A stretch of 44,224 nucleotides of DNA, taken from Lysobacterales bacterium (GTDB taxonomy: Bacteria > Pseudomonadota > Gammaproteobacteria > Xanthomonadales > Ahniellaceae). Below are positions 44,023 through 44,224 of the stretch, piece after piece; the first letter of the stretch is position 1; the number at the start of each line of letters is the position of its first letter. The translations under genes were made by a program, and so were the position numbers. Where the stretch lies: positions 1-44,224 of the forward strand of contig JANMSL010000729.1 in NCBI GenBank assembly GCA_031389245.1. The letters run 5' to 3'. Under the pieces are notes generated by a model. That model had not been told where the DNA came from and made no database searches. It saw only the letters and a program-made list of their open reading frames with translations.

Positions 44023-44224
44023 ATGATGGACTTTAAGCGATTTGAGAACACCATCATGGGCAGCCCACCGTTGCAGGGGCTGACTGTGTTTGCATTGTCA
44101 CTGCCGCTGATGCTGCTGCTCAGGAGGGAGTCGGCGATGCTCGCGGCACTGGGCGCCGCGGCGTTTGCATTGGCTAGCCCGCTTGCTGGCTTGAGGCATG
44201 CCAATTTCTGGCTGTATCAGTTCG
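44023..44224 (+). CDS. Possible 5' end of a membrane protein gene running off the window
   Basis: The open frame from ATG 44023 reads MMDFKRFENTIMGSPPLQGLTVFALSLPLMLLLRRESAMLAALGAAAFALASPLAGLRHANFWLYQF. It has hydrophobic helices and mostly G/C at third positions. It is not in the track because no stop is reached. Confidence 0.35.
   Translation, partial: MMDFKRFENTIMGSPPLQGLTVFALSLPLMLLLRRESAMLAALGAAAFALASPLAGLRHANFWLYQF

Noticed and set aside
44001-44204. 67-aa minus-strand ORF
   Set aside because: It is Ala/Ser-rich with no start context. The opposite-strand open frame from 44023 has membrane-protein character and better third-position GC bias.

Overview
High-GC chromosomal segment that looks like a Xanthomonadales/Lysobacterales-type gammaproteobacterium. 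This is inferred from five TonB-dependent receptors in 44 kb and GT[AG]GGAGCG-type REP hairpins. I can support about 33 protein genes. No rRNA, tRNA or CRISPR array was seen by eye.

Gene content, left to right:
- 3' end of an isovaleryl-CoA dehydrogenase gene, then a receiver/HD-GYP regulator.
- A TonB-dependent receptor (TBDR) divergent from a penicillin-acylase / M20 amidohydrolase / 2OG-oxygenase-like run.
- An ECF sigma factor translationally coupled to a TPR Ser/Thr kinase, then another TBDR.
- A minus-strand ECF sigma / anti-sigma / atypical PLP decarboxylase run.
- A serine hydrolase, a GNAT, and a lipoprotein esterase with a malectin domain.
- A TBDR-PhoD operon.
- An iron module: an unlisted 58-aa HemP-like ORF, a Fiu-like receptor and PiuC.
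- DUF2845, DUF4394 and fasciclin proteins, then a small secreted protein with a PA-domain metallopeptidase.
- A Gram-negative sortase with its VIT-vWA target, and a beta-helix protein.
- A LysR/DMT divergent pair.
- An IS30-family element inserted at the exact centre of a ~340 bp REP-containing palindrome.

The most unusual observations:
1. Four secreted proteins in 20 kb carry the same extreme C-terminal tail, x-[DNH]-G-F-E. In three of them the stop codon follows immediately.
2. The proteobacterial sortase system has a non-canonical FAQTA sorting signal.
3. The ECF sigma / Ser-Thr kinase pair has no anti-sigma factor.
4. The HemP-like ORF is below the length cutoff of the supplied ORF track.
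5. The DAP-decarboxylase homologue lacks two hallmark catalytic motifs.

Many long ORFs in the supplied track are antisense shadows typical of high-GC DNA and are rejected.
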